A stretch of DNA of 64,000 bases. Source: Bifidobacteriaceae bacterium. GTDB taxonomy: Bacteria > Actinomycetota > Actinomycetes > Actinomycetales > WQXJ01. The stretch spans positions 5,483 through 69,482 of the forward strand of contig JAISSX010000001.1 in assembly GCA_031272885.1 (NCBI GenBank). The letters are read 5' to 3'. Shown here one piece after another: positions 1 to 9,354 of this stretch. The notes beneath the pieces were generated by a model. It worked only from the letters and a program-made list of their open reading frames with translations, ran no database searches and was not told the DNA's origin. A program made the translations under genes and the position numbers. Numbering within the stretch: the first letter of the stretch is position 1; the number at the start of each line of letters is the position of its first letter.

Positions 1-123
1 GTCGATCAGGACTTCGGCCGGTTTACCCAGGTAGGCGATGGCGGCCCGGTAGTTGGCCAGGCATTGTTCACGGGTGGCGGCCACCAGGTCGAAAAAGTGC
101 TGCGGGGTGGGCTGAGCGTTCAC
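1..123 (-). CDS. 5' end of an unidentified CDS running off the left edge (GTG start at 121-123)
   Basis: Minus-strand frame open from GTG at 123 to position 1 (41 codons, VNAQPTPQHFFDLVAATREQCLANYRAAIAYLGKPAEVLID). Third positions are G/C-rich. It has no stop in the window, so it is absent from the ORF track. No family recognised. Confidence 0.3.
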   Translation of the reverse strand, partial: MNAQPTPQHFFDLVAATREQCLANYRAAIAYLGKPAEVLID

Positions 124-171
124 GAGAGCCACACTACCTGCCCGGAACGCAGGGCCGGTAGCGTTAGGGGC

Positions 172-1068
172 ATGGCAAACCGGGTGATGGCGGCATTGGC
201 GGCAGCGGCCCCCAGCCTGTCGTTCGAGTTCTTCCCCCCCAAGGACGCGGCTGGAGCGGCCACGCTGCGGCAGCGGGCCGGCGAACTGGCTGCCCTGGAG
301 CCGGATTTCGTGTCCGTCACCTACGGTGCCGGCGGCGGGCGGGACCACCGGGCGGAGGCCTCGATCGAAGCCACCCGGTGGTTGGCCGAGGTCCTGCCGG
401 CGGCGCGGGTGGCGCACCTGGCGTTGGCCGGGCACAGCGTGGCGGAACTGCGCCAGGCGGTGGAGCGTTTCACCGCCGCCCAAGTAGACGGGTTCATGGC
501 CTTGCGGGGCGACCCGCCGGGCGGTCCGGGGACACCTTGGGTGGCGGCCGCGGACGGGCTGACCTACGCCGTCGAACTGGTCGAGTTGATCCGCGGCTTG
601 AGTGACTGCCCTGTGGGGGTGGCGGCCTTTCCGTACGGGCACCCCACGGCTTCTAGCCTGGCGGCCGATGCCGCCGTGCTGGCCGGGAAGCAGGCCGCCG
701 GGGCTCAGTTCGCCATCACCCAGGTGCTGTTCGCGGCTTCGGCCTACGAGGCGCTGGTGGAGCGGGCCCAGCGGGCCGGGGCGACGTTGCCGCTGGTGCC
801 GGGCGTGATGCCGATCACGGGACGGTCGCGGATCAGCAAGCTGCAGGCGTTTTCCGGGGCGCCGCTGCCGGGAGAGTTGAGCCGGCGCCTGGAATTGGTG
901 CAGACCCCGGACGAACTGGACGAGGTGGGCCTGGACTGGTCGGTCCAGTTGGTCGAGGAGTTGCTGGCGGCGGGGGCGCCCGGCGTCCACTTCTACACCC
1001 TGAACGGTTCCACCGCGACCGGGCGGATCTGCCAGGCCCTGGGGCTGAAGGGCGCCTTGGCGGCGTAG
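172..1068 (+). CDS. metF: methylenetetrahydrofolate reductase
   Basis: N-terminal SFEFFPPKD and VTYGAGG motifs typical of MetF. ATG at 172 (MANRV...) is preferred over the TTG at 64 used by the ORF track. Confidence 0.88.
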   Translation: MANRVMAALAAAAPSLSFEFFPPKDAAGAATLRQRAGELAALEPDFVSVTYGAGGGRDHRAEASIEATRWLAEVLPAARVAHLALAGHSVAELRQAVERFTAAQVDGFMALRGDPPGGPGTPWVAAADGLTYAVELVELIRGLSDCPVGVAAFPYGHPTASSLAADAAVLAGKQAAGAQFAITQVLFAASAYEALVERAQRAGATLPLVPGVMPITGRSRISKLQAFSGAPLPGELSRRLELVQTPDELDEVGLDWSVQLVEELLAAGAPGVHFYTLNGSTATGRICQALGLKGALAA

Positions 1069-1197
1069 GGGCGAGGCTGGCCGGCGGCGCCAAGAACGCT
1101 GCAGGGCGGCCGGCGGGGGGCGCCGATAATGTGTTATCCACAGGCCGGAAGCCGGTTCGCGGGGGTGACCGGGCGTCAGCGGGCACAGTGAGGTGCC

Positions 1198-2313
1198 ATG
1201 AGTGTTCCTGTGATCAAAGGCGCCACCGGCCTGGACGTGGTGGCAGCAATTCCGTACTGCTTGGGCTACCAGCCGGCGGCCAGCCTGGTGGGGGTGGCGC
1301 TGATGCCGCCCCGCGGCCGGCTGGGCGCCACCTGGCGGGCCGATTCCGAAGGTCTGCGTGACCCGGAGGCCGGCCCGGACCTGGCCCACAATCTGGCCGC
1401 GGTGATGGTGCAGCAAGATGCCCAGGGCGTGTTCCTGGTGCGCTACGCCACGGCGGACGAACCCTCAGCTGATCAGGACAAGGGCCTGCGGCTGGCCCTG
1501 GCGGCCTTGAGACAGACGTGCCCGGTGGAGGCGCTGTGGGACTACTGGGGCGGCATCCTGCGTGAACTGGACCCGCGCACCCTGCAACCAATCGGGGACG
1601 TGCATGCGCCCGATGAGTTGAAAGGCACTCGGGTCATGGCCTCGCACGCGGCCCTGGGCACACCACCACCGATGCGTTGCCGGGCCGCCCTGGCCGAGTT
1701 CCCCGAGGTGGACAAGGAGGCCCAACGGCGAGCGGCCCGGGCGGAGCGGCGCGCCATCGACCGATTTGCCGCGTCGGACGATGCCGCCCGGGTCGGTTGG
1801 CGTCTCAAGTCCCTGAAGCTGTGGCGCACCTGGCTGAACCGGCTGGCGGCGGCGCCATCGGCCCCGGTGGACCCGGTGGTGTTGGGCAAGTTGGGCGCGG
1901 CCCTGCATGACCAGCCGACGCGTGACGCCGTTATCGCTGCTCAGATGCGGCGATCCCGCACCTGGCCGGAACGGTTGGCGAAGGGACTGATCGGCTGCCC
2001 GCCGGTGTTGGATCCGTTGGAGTCGGATGGCTTCGAGCCGCGCTACGGTGATGCTTCGGACGCGCTGTTTCGCCAGGTCATAGCCCATCAGGCGCCGAAA
2101 CGCCGGGCGGCGGCCCTAGGTACATTTGCCACCGTCAAATGGTGGCGGGGCGATGGTTCGGCGGCCGGTGAACTGGCTGAGGCGGCGTTGGATTGCCCCA
2201 ATCCGCCGGCCATAGCGGCCCTGGCGCTGGCCTCGGTCCAGGCTCTGATCTTCCCCCAGACACTGAAGGCCAAGGCGGCCGCTGCCCGCCGATCGGTGGC
2301 CCGTGCCGCCTGA
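1198..2313 (+). CDS. DUF4192 family protein
   Basis: N-terminus GLDVVAAIPYCLGYQPAASLVGVAL matches the recalled DUF4192 signature. Length of about 370 aa is typical for this Actinobacteria-restricted family. Confidence 0.7.
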   Translation: MSVPVIKGATGLDVVAAIPYCLGYQPAASLVGVALMPPRGRLGATWRADSEGLRDPEAGPDLAHNLAAVMVQQDAQGVFLVRYATADEPSADQDKGLRLALAALRQTCPVEALWDYWGGILRELDPRTLQPIGDVHAPDELKGTRVMASHAALGTPPPMRCRAALAEFPEVDKEAQRRAARAERRAIDRFAASDDAARVGWRLKSLKLWRTWLNRLAAAPSAPVDPVVLGKLGAALHDQPTRDAVIAAQMRRSRTWPERLAKGLIGCPPVLDPLESDGFEPRYGDASDALFRQVIAHQAPKRRAAALGTFATVKWWRGDGSAAGELAEAALDCPNPPAIAALALASVQALIFPQTLKAKAAAARRSVARAA

Positions 2314-2343
2314 GCCCAGCCGGATGGGCTCTACGATGGCGGC

Positions 2344-3528
2344 GTGGAGCTTTCCGGGCGGGCGCGGCTGGGACTGGGCGACAACGTGCTGGCTCAGACG
2401 GCGGCCCGGTTGGAAGCCCAAGGGGTCGCCGTGACGGCCTTGACGGACACCAATCCGACCCGCCACGGTTTGAGCGATCCGGCGGTCATAGCGGCCCTGG
2501 CGGCGGCCGCACGGCGGTCTGGGTACTACGAGCCGTCACCGCGCGGGCCGCTGGAGGCGCGCGAGGCGCTGGCGGCCCGGTTTGGTGGCAGCCCCGAGCA
2601 GTACTGGCTGGCCGCCTCGACTTCCGAGGCCTACGCCTGGTTGCTGGCCTTGGTGGCCGATGCCGGGGGAGTGGTGGCCGTGCCCCAGCCGGGTTATCCG
2701 CTGGTGGAGCCCCTGGCCCGCCTGGCCGGGCTATCCACCATAGGGTATCCGCTGCATTACGTGGCCGGTCACGGCTGGGTCTATGACCTGGCCGGGTTCG
2801 GGGCGGCTGCCGATAGGGCGGCGGCGACTGTGCTGGTCGACCCAGGCAATCCAACGGGCGCCTACCTAGCGCCGGCCACCGCGGCACAGGTGGCCGAACT
2901 AGCGTTACGGCACGCCAGTGTGCCTATAATAGATCAGGTGTTCTATACCTATCGCTTGACCGACGGCGGGGGAGAGGGCCCTAGAGGCGCTGAATTACCC
3001 GAGTGGGACGCGCCCGGAGCGCCGCTCAGCTTCCGCCTGGACGGACTGTCCAAACTAGCCTGTGCGCCGGGCGTCAAACTGGCCTGGATCCGCCTGGCCG
3101 GGCCGGCCGGTGAGGCGGCCGCGGCGGCCAAGGCGCTTGACGCCATCGCGGACACATACCTCAACGTCAGCACCACGGCGGCGCTGGCGCTGGCGGACAT
3201 ACTGCAACAGGCTGATCGAATCGGGGAGGCGCTCCGAGGCCGGTTGCGGCGCAACCTGCGGGCGCTGGCGCAGGCGCTGGCGCCGGCCGCGACGGTGCGG
3301 CGGGTCGAGGGCGGCTGGGTTGCCATTGTGGATCCCGTGGTAGTGCCGGAAGGCGCGGACCCGGCGCTGTGGCTGCTGGAGCACGCGCACCTGTCAGTAC
3401 ACCCGGGTTGGCTTTACGACCTGGCGGAAAATGACGCCATCGTTGTGTCGTTGCTGCCGGAACCGGAACAGTTCGACGCCGGCATCGCCGCGCTGCGCGC
3501 CGGCTTGGACCGGTTGGCGGCCAGCTGA
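2344..3528 (+). CDS. pyridoxal-phosphate-dependent aminotransferase (class I/II)
   Basis: 394 aa with LTDTNPT near the N-terminus, a SKLACAPGVKLAW lysine region and overall aminotransferase layout. GTG start. Confidence 0.8.
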   Translation: MELSGRARLGLGDNVLAQTAARLEAQGVAVTALTDTNPTRHGLSDPAVIAALAAAARRSGYYEPSPRGPLEAREALAARFGGSPEQYWLAASTSEAYAWLLALVADAGGVVAVPQPGYPLVEPLARLAGLSTIGYPLHYVAGHGWVYDLAGFGAAADRAAATVLVDPGNPTGAYLAPATAAQVAELALRHASVPIIDQVFYTYRLTDGGGEGPRGAELPEWDAPGAPLSFRLDGLSKLACAPGVKLAWIRLAGPAGEAAAAAKALDAIADTYLNVSTTAALALADILQQADRIGEALRGRLRRNLRALAQALAPAATVRRVEGGWVAIVDPVVVPEGADPALWLLEHAHLSVHPGWLYDLAENDAIVVSLLPEPEQFDAGIAALRAGLDRLAAS

Positions 3529-3556
3529 CCGATCAGGGCGCGGGGATGGCAGGCGC

Positions 3557-3570
3557 GGGGGGGGGGGGGG
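3557..3570 (+). repeat. G14 homopolymer followed by a G-tract-rich segment extending to about 3607
   Basis: 14 consecutive G at 3557-3570, then AGGGTGGGGTTTGGGGGCGAGAGGGGCGGTGGGTGG. Lies just after the aminotransferase stop. Confidence 0.9.
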
Positions 3571-3625
3571 AGGGTGGGGTTTGGGGGCGAGAGGGGCGGT
3601 GGGTGGTCAATGCGACATAATGTGC

Positions 3626-3673
3626 ATTATCGGCGCGCTGCTGGCCTGCGTCAGCAGGCCGCGCGCCGATAAT
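3626..3673. repeat. inverted repeat / hairpin with 13-bp perfect arms ATTATCGGCGCGC
   Basis: ATTATCGGCGCGC (3626-3638) and GCGCGCCGATAAT (3661-3673) are perfect reverse complements. The 22-nt spacer can pair further (TGCTG/CAGCA). Confidence 0.85.
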
Positions 3674-3736
3674 GCGTGACGTTATCCGCGCCGCAGGCGC
3701 CGACAACGTCACCATCCGCCTCGACAGCCGCTCCCG

Positions 3737-3872
3737 CTCACGAGAGGTCAGTTTTCCAGCGCGAAAGGTCAATTCTGTTAGTTCGTCAGCCCGGACTTGA
3801 TCCGGGATCTCAGCGTTTACGCAGGTCAGGAGGTTGGGCCGAATTTGGTTGGGTTGGGGCGCCTGACGGAAT
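3737..3872 (+). repeat. MITE-like element, family 1 copy A (TIR CGAAAGGTCAATTC)
   Basis: Perfect 14-bp terminal inverted repeats at 3762-3775 and 3859-3872. Internal CCCGGACTTGATCCGGGATCT hairpin and core GCGTTTACGCAGGTCAGG (3813-3830). Extra outer module CTCACGAGAGGTCAGTTTTC at 3737-3756. Confidence 0.8.
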
Positions 3873-3995
3873 TGACCTTTCGGGTCGGGTGCGCTCCAAG
3901 GTGAGATGGCGGTTGGGCCGGCGGATTGGCAGGTTGTGACGTTGGTCACCTGCGGGCTCTTGATGGGCAAGGCGCTGGCCTGCGGTTTTGGTCAC

Positions 3996-4066
3996 TCGAA
4001 CTTGCGTTTATGCAGGTCAGGGAGTTGCGATGCAAGGTGGTGATTTGGGAGGGGACGGAATTCGGC
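3996..4066 (+). repeat. truncated family-1 copy (core plus degenerate right end)
   Basis: Core GCGTTTATGCAGGTCAGGG at 4004-4022, followed by GACGGAATTC (about 4054-4063), which matches the inner part of the right TIR. No left TIR. Confidence 0.6.
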
Positions 4067-4148
4067 CAGTGGGACGATGGTCTTACGACGCCCCGCGACC
4101 ACTCCGTTAGGGCCGTGAGAGCCCTGTGAGAGCCTAAAGGAGACCGCC

Positions 4149-4499
4149 ATGGCGGATCGGCGATTGACCGGTACTGGCATTGGTGCCCACTCATTTGAAA
4201 CGGAAGAGGGCATCGATTTTGCTGCCCGTGTGAATGTGGCCTACGACTGCCCGCAGGGGCACGCTTCGGTGCTGCCATTCGCAGTGGAAGCAGAGGTGCC
4301 GAACATCTGGCCTTGTCATTGCGGCAATCTGGGTGTGCTGCGTACCCTCGATGGCTTCAAGCCGCCGGACCCGAAGCGCAAGCGCACCCACTGGGACATG
4401 GTCCTCGAGCGCCGCACCGTTGAAGACCTCGAAGAGCTGCTGCAGGAACGCCTGACCCTGTTGCGGGAACGTCGGCTGCGGGCCGGCGTGCTGGTATAG
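4149..4499 (+). CDS. rbpA: RNA polymerase-binding protein RbpA
   Basis: Near-colinear with recalled mycobacterial RbpA: MADR..., SFETE, a FAVEAEVP..W.C core and the C-terminal RTHWDMVLERRTVEDLEELLQERL sigma-interaction helix. Confidence 0.92.
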   Translation: MADRRLTGTGIGAHSFETEEGIDFAARVNVAYDCPQGHASVLPFAVEAEVPNIWPCHCGNLGVLRTLDGFKPPDPKRKRTHWDMVLERRTVEDLEELLQERLTLLRERRLRAGVLV

Positions 4500-4534
4500 G
4501 CCAGACAGCCCAAGAACCCGGGGGAGCCGCTCCC

Positions 4535-6136
4535 CTAAGAGCGGCTACTCCCCCGCCGCCGCGCCACGACCCCGGCGCCGATGCCGGCCAACGCCAACGC
4601 CAGTCCCACCAGCATGAAGCCAACCGCTACCGGCCGGGCCAGCCACACCGCCGGCGTCTTGGACGTACGCAGCGGCAACTCGGCGGTGAACTGGGCCGCC
4701 TCGAACAGGCCGGTTTGCTCCAACACCGTTCCGTCCGGCGCGATCACCGCGCTGATCCCCACCGTCGACACCTGTACCGTGGCGCGGCCGTACTCGATGG
4801 CGCGCAGCCGCGACATCGCCAACTGCTGGGTCGATTCGGAAGTGTGGCCGAACGAGGCGTTATTGGTCTGGATAACCAGGATTTCTGCCCCGTTGGCAAT
4901 CGATCCGGTGACGACGGCGTCATCGGCCACTTCGAAGCAGATCACGTCGCCCAAGGTGACCGACCGGCCCAGTCGCTCCACCGGCAGGGCCAACACGGCA
5001 GGCTTGGTGCCGGGCAGCATGTCGTGCTGAATCAGGTCGACCTTCTTCGAGAACAGCCGCGAGAAGGATCGCATCGGGATGTACTCGGCCCACGGCGCCG
5101 GGTGCTGCTTGGCGTAGCGGTCGGTGATTCCCACGCCGGGTTCCCACACCACACCAAGGTTGTAGCGTTGGCCGGTCTCGGTGTATTGGATCGAGCCAAC
5201 CAGGATCGGCGCGTCGATGGCCTGGGCGGCGCCGTCGATGGCGTCCCAGGCCTCCTGGTTGGTTTCCGGGTCGATGTCGGTCGAGTTCTCCGGCCACAAC
5301 ACGACATCGGGCTGAACCCCGGCGGCCGCTAGTGCCAACGTGCCGTCCACGTGGTTCTGCAGCACCTCGCGCTGGTGGGCGAAGAGCCCTTCCTCGGTCA
5401 CCGCCACGTCGCCCTGGACGCCGGCCACCAGCAACGTGCCGCTTTGGGCGGCTGTGGGCAGTGGAATGGCGGCCGGCAGGATGATGATGCCGGCCGCCAG
5501 GGCCAGAGCCACGGCACCCTTGGCCCAGGTGACCCGCCCGCGCCGCACAAACTGGTCCCCGGCGCTGACCAGCAGGGCGCCGGCCAGGGCGGCAGCGAAG
5601 GTGATCAGTGGTGCGCCGCCCAGGCGGGCCAGGCGGGCCAGGGGTGAATCGGCCTGCGAGAAGCAGAACCGCACCCACGGGAAGCCGTTGAACGGGAAAT
5701 AGCCCCGGAAGGTATCGGCCGCCGTGAACAGGACGGCGAACAGCAAGGGTTGCAGGCACCAGGCTTTCGGCTGCACCAGCTTGGCGGCGTAACGCCAGGT
5801 GGGTGCGGCCAGGCCCAACAGCACGGCGCAGGCGGCCGAGAGGATCACCCACGGCACCACGCCGGCGGCGAACTTGGCCCACCACAGCAGTGGCAGGAAC
5901 ATGACGAAGCCGTAGCCCAGGGCCACGGTGAAGGCCCGCCAGGGTGTCAGCAGGCGCGTGGCGGCGAACAGCAGCGCGGTCGAAACCATGGCCATCGGCC
6001 ACCAGCCCAGCGGCGGGAAGGCGGCCCAGCCGGCTGCTCCCCCGGCCAGCGTCAAACTCCAGGCCACCAGCCAGGCCCGCCGGCTCGGCTTCACGCGGCG
6101 ACTGACCCTGACCCGGGGGTTCGTCTTGTCGCGCAC
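4535..6136 (-). CDS. lnt: apolipoprotein N-acyltransferase
   Basis: 533 aa with a multi-TM N-terminal half and a C-terminal nitrilase/CN-hydrolase-like domain (VVLWPENS, ICFEVADD). Sits next to rbpA as in other Actinobacteria. Confidence 0.85.
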   Translation of the reverse strand: MRDKTNPRVRVSRRVKPSRRAWLVAWSLTLAGGAAGWAAFPPLGWWPMAMVSTALLFAATRLLTPWRAFTVALGYGFVMFLPLLWWAKFAAGVVPWVILSAACAVLLGLAAPTWRYAAKLVQPKAWCLQPLLFAVLFTAADTFRGYFPFNGFPWVRFCFSQADSPLARLARLGGAPLITFAAALAGALLVSAGDQFVRRGRVTWAKGAVALALAAGIIILPAAIPLPTAAQSGTLLVAGVQGDVAVTEEGLFAHQREVLQNHVDGTLALAAAGVQPDVVLWPENSTDIDPETNQEAWDAIDGAAQAIDAPILVGSIQYTETGQRYNLGVVWEPGVGITDRYAKQHPAPWAEYIPMRSFSRLFSKKVDLIQHDMLPGTKPAVLALPVERLGRSVTLGDVICFEVADDAVVTGSIANGAEILVIQTNNASFGHTSESTQQLAMSRLRAIEYGRATVQVSTVGISAVIAPDGTVLEQTGLFEAAQFTAELPLRTSKTPAVWLARPVAVGFMLVGLALALAGIGAGVVARRRGSSRS

Positions 6137-6155
6137 CGCCCCAGCCTACCCTTGA

Positions 6156-6262
6156 CTCGCGAAAGTACGGTTATGTCGGTCAGCCCGAGCTGAGCAATGC
6201 TGTGACCTGCATAAACGCATTTCACTCTGAGCGAAACAGCTACATAACCGTACTCTCGCGAG
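6156..6262 (-). repeat. MITE-like element, family 2 copy D (TIR CTCGCGAGAGTACGGTTATGTA)
   Basis: Left end CTCGCGAAAGTACGGTTATGT (6156-6176); right end ACATAACCGTACTCTCGCGAG (6242-6262). Core present in reverse orientation (TGACCTGCATAAACGC at about 6203-6218). Followed by the G-rich direct repeat GGGGGGAAGGCGAG x2. Confidence 0.8.
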
Positions 6263-6549
6263 GGGGGGAAGGCGAGGGGGGAAGGCGAGGGAGGAAAGAA
6301 ACAGAATAGGGAATGCCCGCCGACCCCTTCGGTCCGGGCCGCGGCTAGCGGCGCCGTTTTCTAGTGGAGCGGCGGGCAATCCTGCACACGGCCGCAGTCG
6401 CGGGGGCTCTTCGATTGTTTCGCGTCTGGGGCAACGTGCTGCGGCCAAACTAGTCCTCCGGCAAGGGGCCGGGTCAAGCCCTTCCGCGTGGCACGCCCGG
6501 CGTGTCTCAACTATTGCTTGAGGTAGTTGTGGGGGCAGCCGGATACCGG

Positions 6550-6568
6550 GCGTTTACGCAGGTCAGAA
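6550..6568 (+). repeat. solo copy of the shared repeat core
   Basis: GCGTTTACGCAGGTCAGAA with no recognisable TIRs nearby. Lies 35 bp upstream of the helY stop, in the lnt-helY gap. Confidence 0.55.
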
Positions 6569-6603
6569 GCCCAGTATTAATGGCCTGTGGGGCCCTGGCG
6601 CCG

Positions 6604-9354
6604 TCAGGTGGTGTCGGCCGCCACGACTCCCCGGCGCACCGCGGCCATGGCCGCGCGCGCGGCGCCGTACAACGCCTCCGTGGGGGCCACGGCCTGGATG
6701 TGGTCCAGCACGTCGAGCACCTGTTTGGCCAGGCGGACAAAGTCACCCGGGCTGAGCAGGTCGCTGACCAGCACGTGCACCAACGGTTGCCCGCTGGCCC
6801 AGCGCCAGATGGCGGCCGAAGCCGCCGGGTCAACTCCGGCGGAGGGCACCAGGCCGTGGGCCGCTTCGGCGTCGGCGATGCGCCCGGCGGCGGCCTCGGC
6901 CGCCGCCACCCCGGCCCGGACCGGCCCCGGCAAGGGCTCCACCGGCGGTGGGTTGTCCGATCGGGTCTCGAACACAAGGGCGGCCACGGTGGCGGCCAGA
7001 GCCGCCGGCGTCAAACCATCCCAGACGCCGGTGCGAACGCATTCGGCAAGGGCCAGGTCCCGCTCGGCGTAGATCCGGGCCAGGATCCGGCCGGCCGGCG
7101 TCAGGTGCCGCACATCACCGTCCCCGGAACCCGGTTCCAGGTACCCCAGATCCTCCAATACCGCCTGCACCTGGTCGAACTGCCGGGCGATCGACCCGGT
7201 GCGCCGGTCAATCGACGTGCCCAACCGGGCCCGGTCGGCTTCGGCCTTGGCCGCTCGCCGGGCCCAGCGGGCGTGGGCCTCGCGGTCCGGGCAACGGTGA
7301 CACGGATGGGCCCGCAACTCGGCGCGCAGAGTGGCGATGGCGGCCGGGGTCTCGGTCCCAGCGGCAGGGCGGGCCGGCGCCGGGGCGTCAGCCGCGGCGG
7401 CGGCCATCCGTGACACCAGGTCACGCCGCACCTGAGGGTCGCCCCGTTTAACGTGTGGCCCCACCTTGATGTGCGCCACCTTAACCAAGCCGGGCCCCAA
7501 CTCAGCCGCGCCCAAACGGCGCAATTGGCCGCGCTCGGTCAGGGCCAAGGGCGCCGGCGGCGTGTGGTGGCCAGGTTCCAACACCAGCGCCAGGCCACGA
7601 TGCTTGCCGGCGGGCAGGCGCAGCACGTCGCCGCGGGTCAGCCCCGCCACCACGGCATCACGCCCCGCCACCCGGCCGCGCGCCGCCTCGCGCGAGGCGC
7701 CCTTCTCGGCCTGCGACAGCCTGTCCCGCAGCGCCTGGTAGGCCGCGAAGTCGCCCAAGTCGCAGGTCATGGCCTTGCGGTAGCCGGTAATCGCCTCGTC
7801 CAGGGCCTTGGCCTGGCGGGCCAGCGACACCACCGCCCGGTCCGCCTGGAACTGGGCGAAGGACAGTTCCAGCACCGCTCGCGCCTTGGCGGTACCAACC
7901 CGCTCGGTCAGGTTGACGGCCATGTTGTAGGTGGGCCGGAAGGCGGAGCGCAGCGGGTACGTCCGCTTCGAGGCCAGCGACAGCAACCGCCCCGGGTCGA
8001 TGGCGCCCCCCGCCACCACCACGGCGTGGCCCTCCACGTCCAGGCCACGGCGGCCGGCCCGGCCGGTCAGTTGGGTGTACTCCCCCGGCGTCAGGTCGGC
8101 ATGCGTGGTGCCATCCCATTTGTCCAGGCGGTCAAGGACCACCGTGCGGGCAGGCATGTTGATCCCCAGAGACAGCGTCTCGGTGGCGAACACCAGCTTG
8201 ACTAGACCTTGTTGGAACAGCAGTTCGATGGTCTCCTTGAAGATCGGCAGCATGCCCGCGTGGTGCGCCGCGAAACCGGCCCGGGCGCCATCGAGAAACT
8301 CCTGGTAGCCCACCACGGCCAGGTCGCCGGCGGGCAGCAACAACGCCGCCCGCTCCACCGCCTCGGTGATGACCCGGGTCTCCTCAGGAGTGGTCAAGAC
8401 CAGGCCGGCCCGGCGGCAGGCCTCGACGGCCGCCTCGCAGCCGGCGCGGGAGAAGACGAAGAAGATGGCCGGCAGCAGACCCTCGCGGTCCAGCGCTTCA
8501 GCCACGGCGAAACGGGGCGGCGGGCGCAGGTGCCCACCCCGCCCGGACCGCGCCCCCGGCCGTCCGCGTCGGGGCCGCCCGCCAGCCCCACCACCACCGG
8601 CGCCCCCGCCCGGCGCCCAGGCCAGCAATTCGGGGTTGAGGTGGGGGGCGTCATCGGGCGCCGACCGGGCCGTTGGGGCGTACAGGTCCTTCAGGCCGGT
8701 GGGCACCAAGACGTGCTGCCACAACGGCACCGGGCGGGTGTCCGACACCACAACACGCAGGGCGCCACGCACCTCGGTCAGCCAGTCGCCGAACTCCTCG
8801 GCGTTGGACACGGTGGCGCTGAGGCAGACCACTTGGACGGGCGCCGGCAGTTGGATCAAGACCTCTTCCCAGACCGGGCCGCGGAAGCGATCGGCCAGGT
8901 AGTGGACCTCATCCACCACCACCGCCCCAAGGCGGTCAAGGTCCCCCCCGGCGTAGATCATGTTGCGCAGCACCTCGGTGGTCATCACCACCACAGGCGC
9001 CTCCGGGCGAATCGACTGGTCGCCCGTCAGCAGACCCACCCGGTCCTCCCCCAGGCGGTCGGCCAGTTCGCGGAACTTCTGATTCGACAGGGCCTTGATG
9101 GGAGTGGTGTAGAAGGCGCGTTCGCCGCGCTCAAGGGCCCGTTCGATGGCGAACCAGGCCACCACCGTCTTGCCCGCGCCGGTGGGGGCCGCCACCAGCA
9201 CACCTTCGCCGCCGTCGATGGCCTCGCAGGCCTCCCGTTGGAACGGGTCCAGAGGGAAGTCCAGCCCGTCGGCAAACTGGTCCACGGCGCGGTGGCGGGC
9301 GCGGCGCTTGTAGGCGGCGAAGGCCTCGGCCGCGGACGGTTCGGCGGCGCTCAT
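6604..9354 (-). CDS. helY: Ski2-like DEAD/DEAH-box RNA helicase HelY
   Basis: 916 aa with Walker A APTGAGKT, a DEVH box (VVVDEVHYLAD), a SAT motif and a long C-terminal Ski2/DSHCT-like region. Confidence 0.88.
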   Translation of the reverse strand: MSAAEPSAAEAFAAYKRRARHRAVDQFADGLDFPLDPFQREACEAIDGGEGVLVAAPTGAGKTVVAWFAIERALERGERAFYTTPIKALSNQKFRELADRLGEDRVGLLTGDQSIRPEAPVVVMTTEVLRNMIYAGGDLDRLGAVVVDEVHYLADRFRGPVWEEVLIQLPAPVQVVCLSATVSNAEEFGDWLTEVRGALRVVVSDTRPVPLWQHVLVPTGLKDLYAPTARSAPDDAPHLNPELLAWAPGGGAGGGGAGGRPRRGRPGARSGRGGHLRPPPRFAVAEALDREGLLPAIFFVFSRAGCEAAVEACRRAGLVLTTPEETRVITEAVERAALLLPAGDLAVVGYQEFLDGARAGFAAHHAGMLPIFKETIELLFQQGLVKLVFATETLSLGINMPARTVVLDRLDKWDGTTHADLTPGEYTQLTGRAGRRGLDVEGHAVVVAGGAIDPGRLLSLASKRTYPLRSAFRPTYNMAVNLTERVGTAKARAVLELSFAQFQADRAVVSLARQAKALDEAITGYRKAMTCDLGDFAAYQALRDRLSQAEKGASREAARGRVAGRDAVVAGLTRGDVLRLPAGKHRGLALVLEPGHHTPPAPLALTERGQLRRLGAAELGPGLVKVAHIKVGPHVKRGDPQVRRDLVSRMAAAAADAPAPARPAAGTETPAAIATLRAELRAHPCHRCPDREAHARWARRAAKAEADRARLGTSIDRRTGSIARQFDQVQAVLEDLGYLEPGSGDGDVRHLTPAGRILARIYAERDLALAECVRTGVWDGLTPAALAATVAALVFETRSDNPPPVEPLPGPVRAGVAAAEAAAGRIADAEAAHGLVPSAGVDPAASAAIWRWASGQPLVHVLVSDLLSPGDFVRLAKQVLDVLDHIQAVAPTEALYGAARAAMAAVRRGVVAADTT

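Noticed and set aside
4520-4556. Hairpin GGGGAGCCGCTC...GAGCGGCTACTCCCC between rbpA and lnt, considered as another repeat-family member.
   Set aside because: It has no sequence similarity to the repeat families. It is most simply an ordinary bidirectional terminator-type hairpin between convergent genes. It overlaps the lnt stop, and no T-tract is present.
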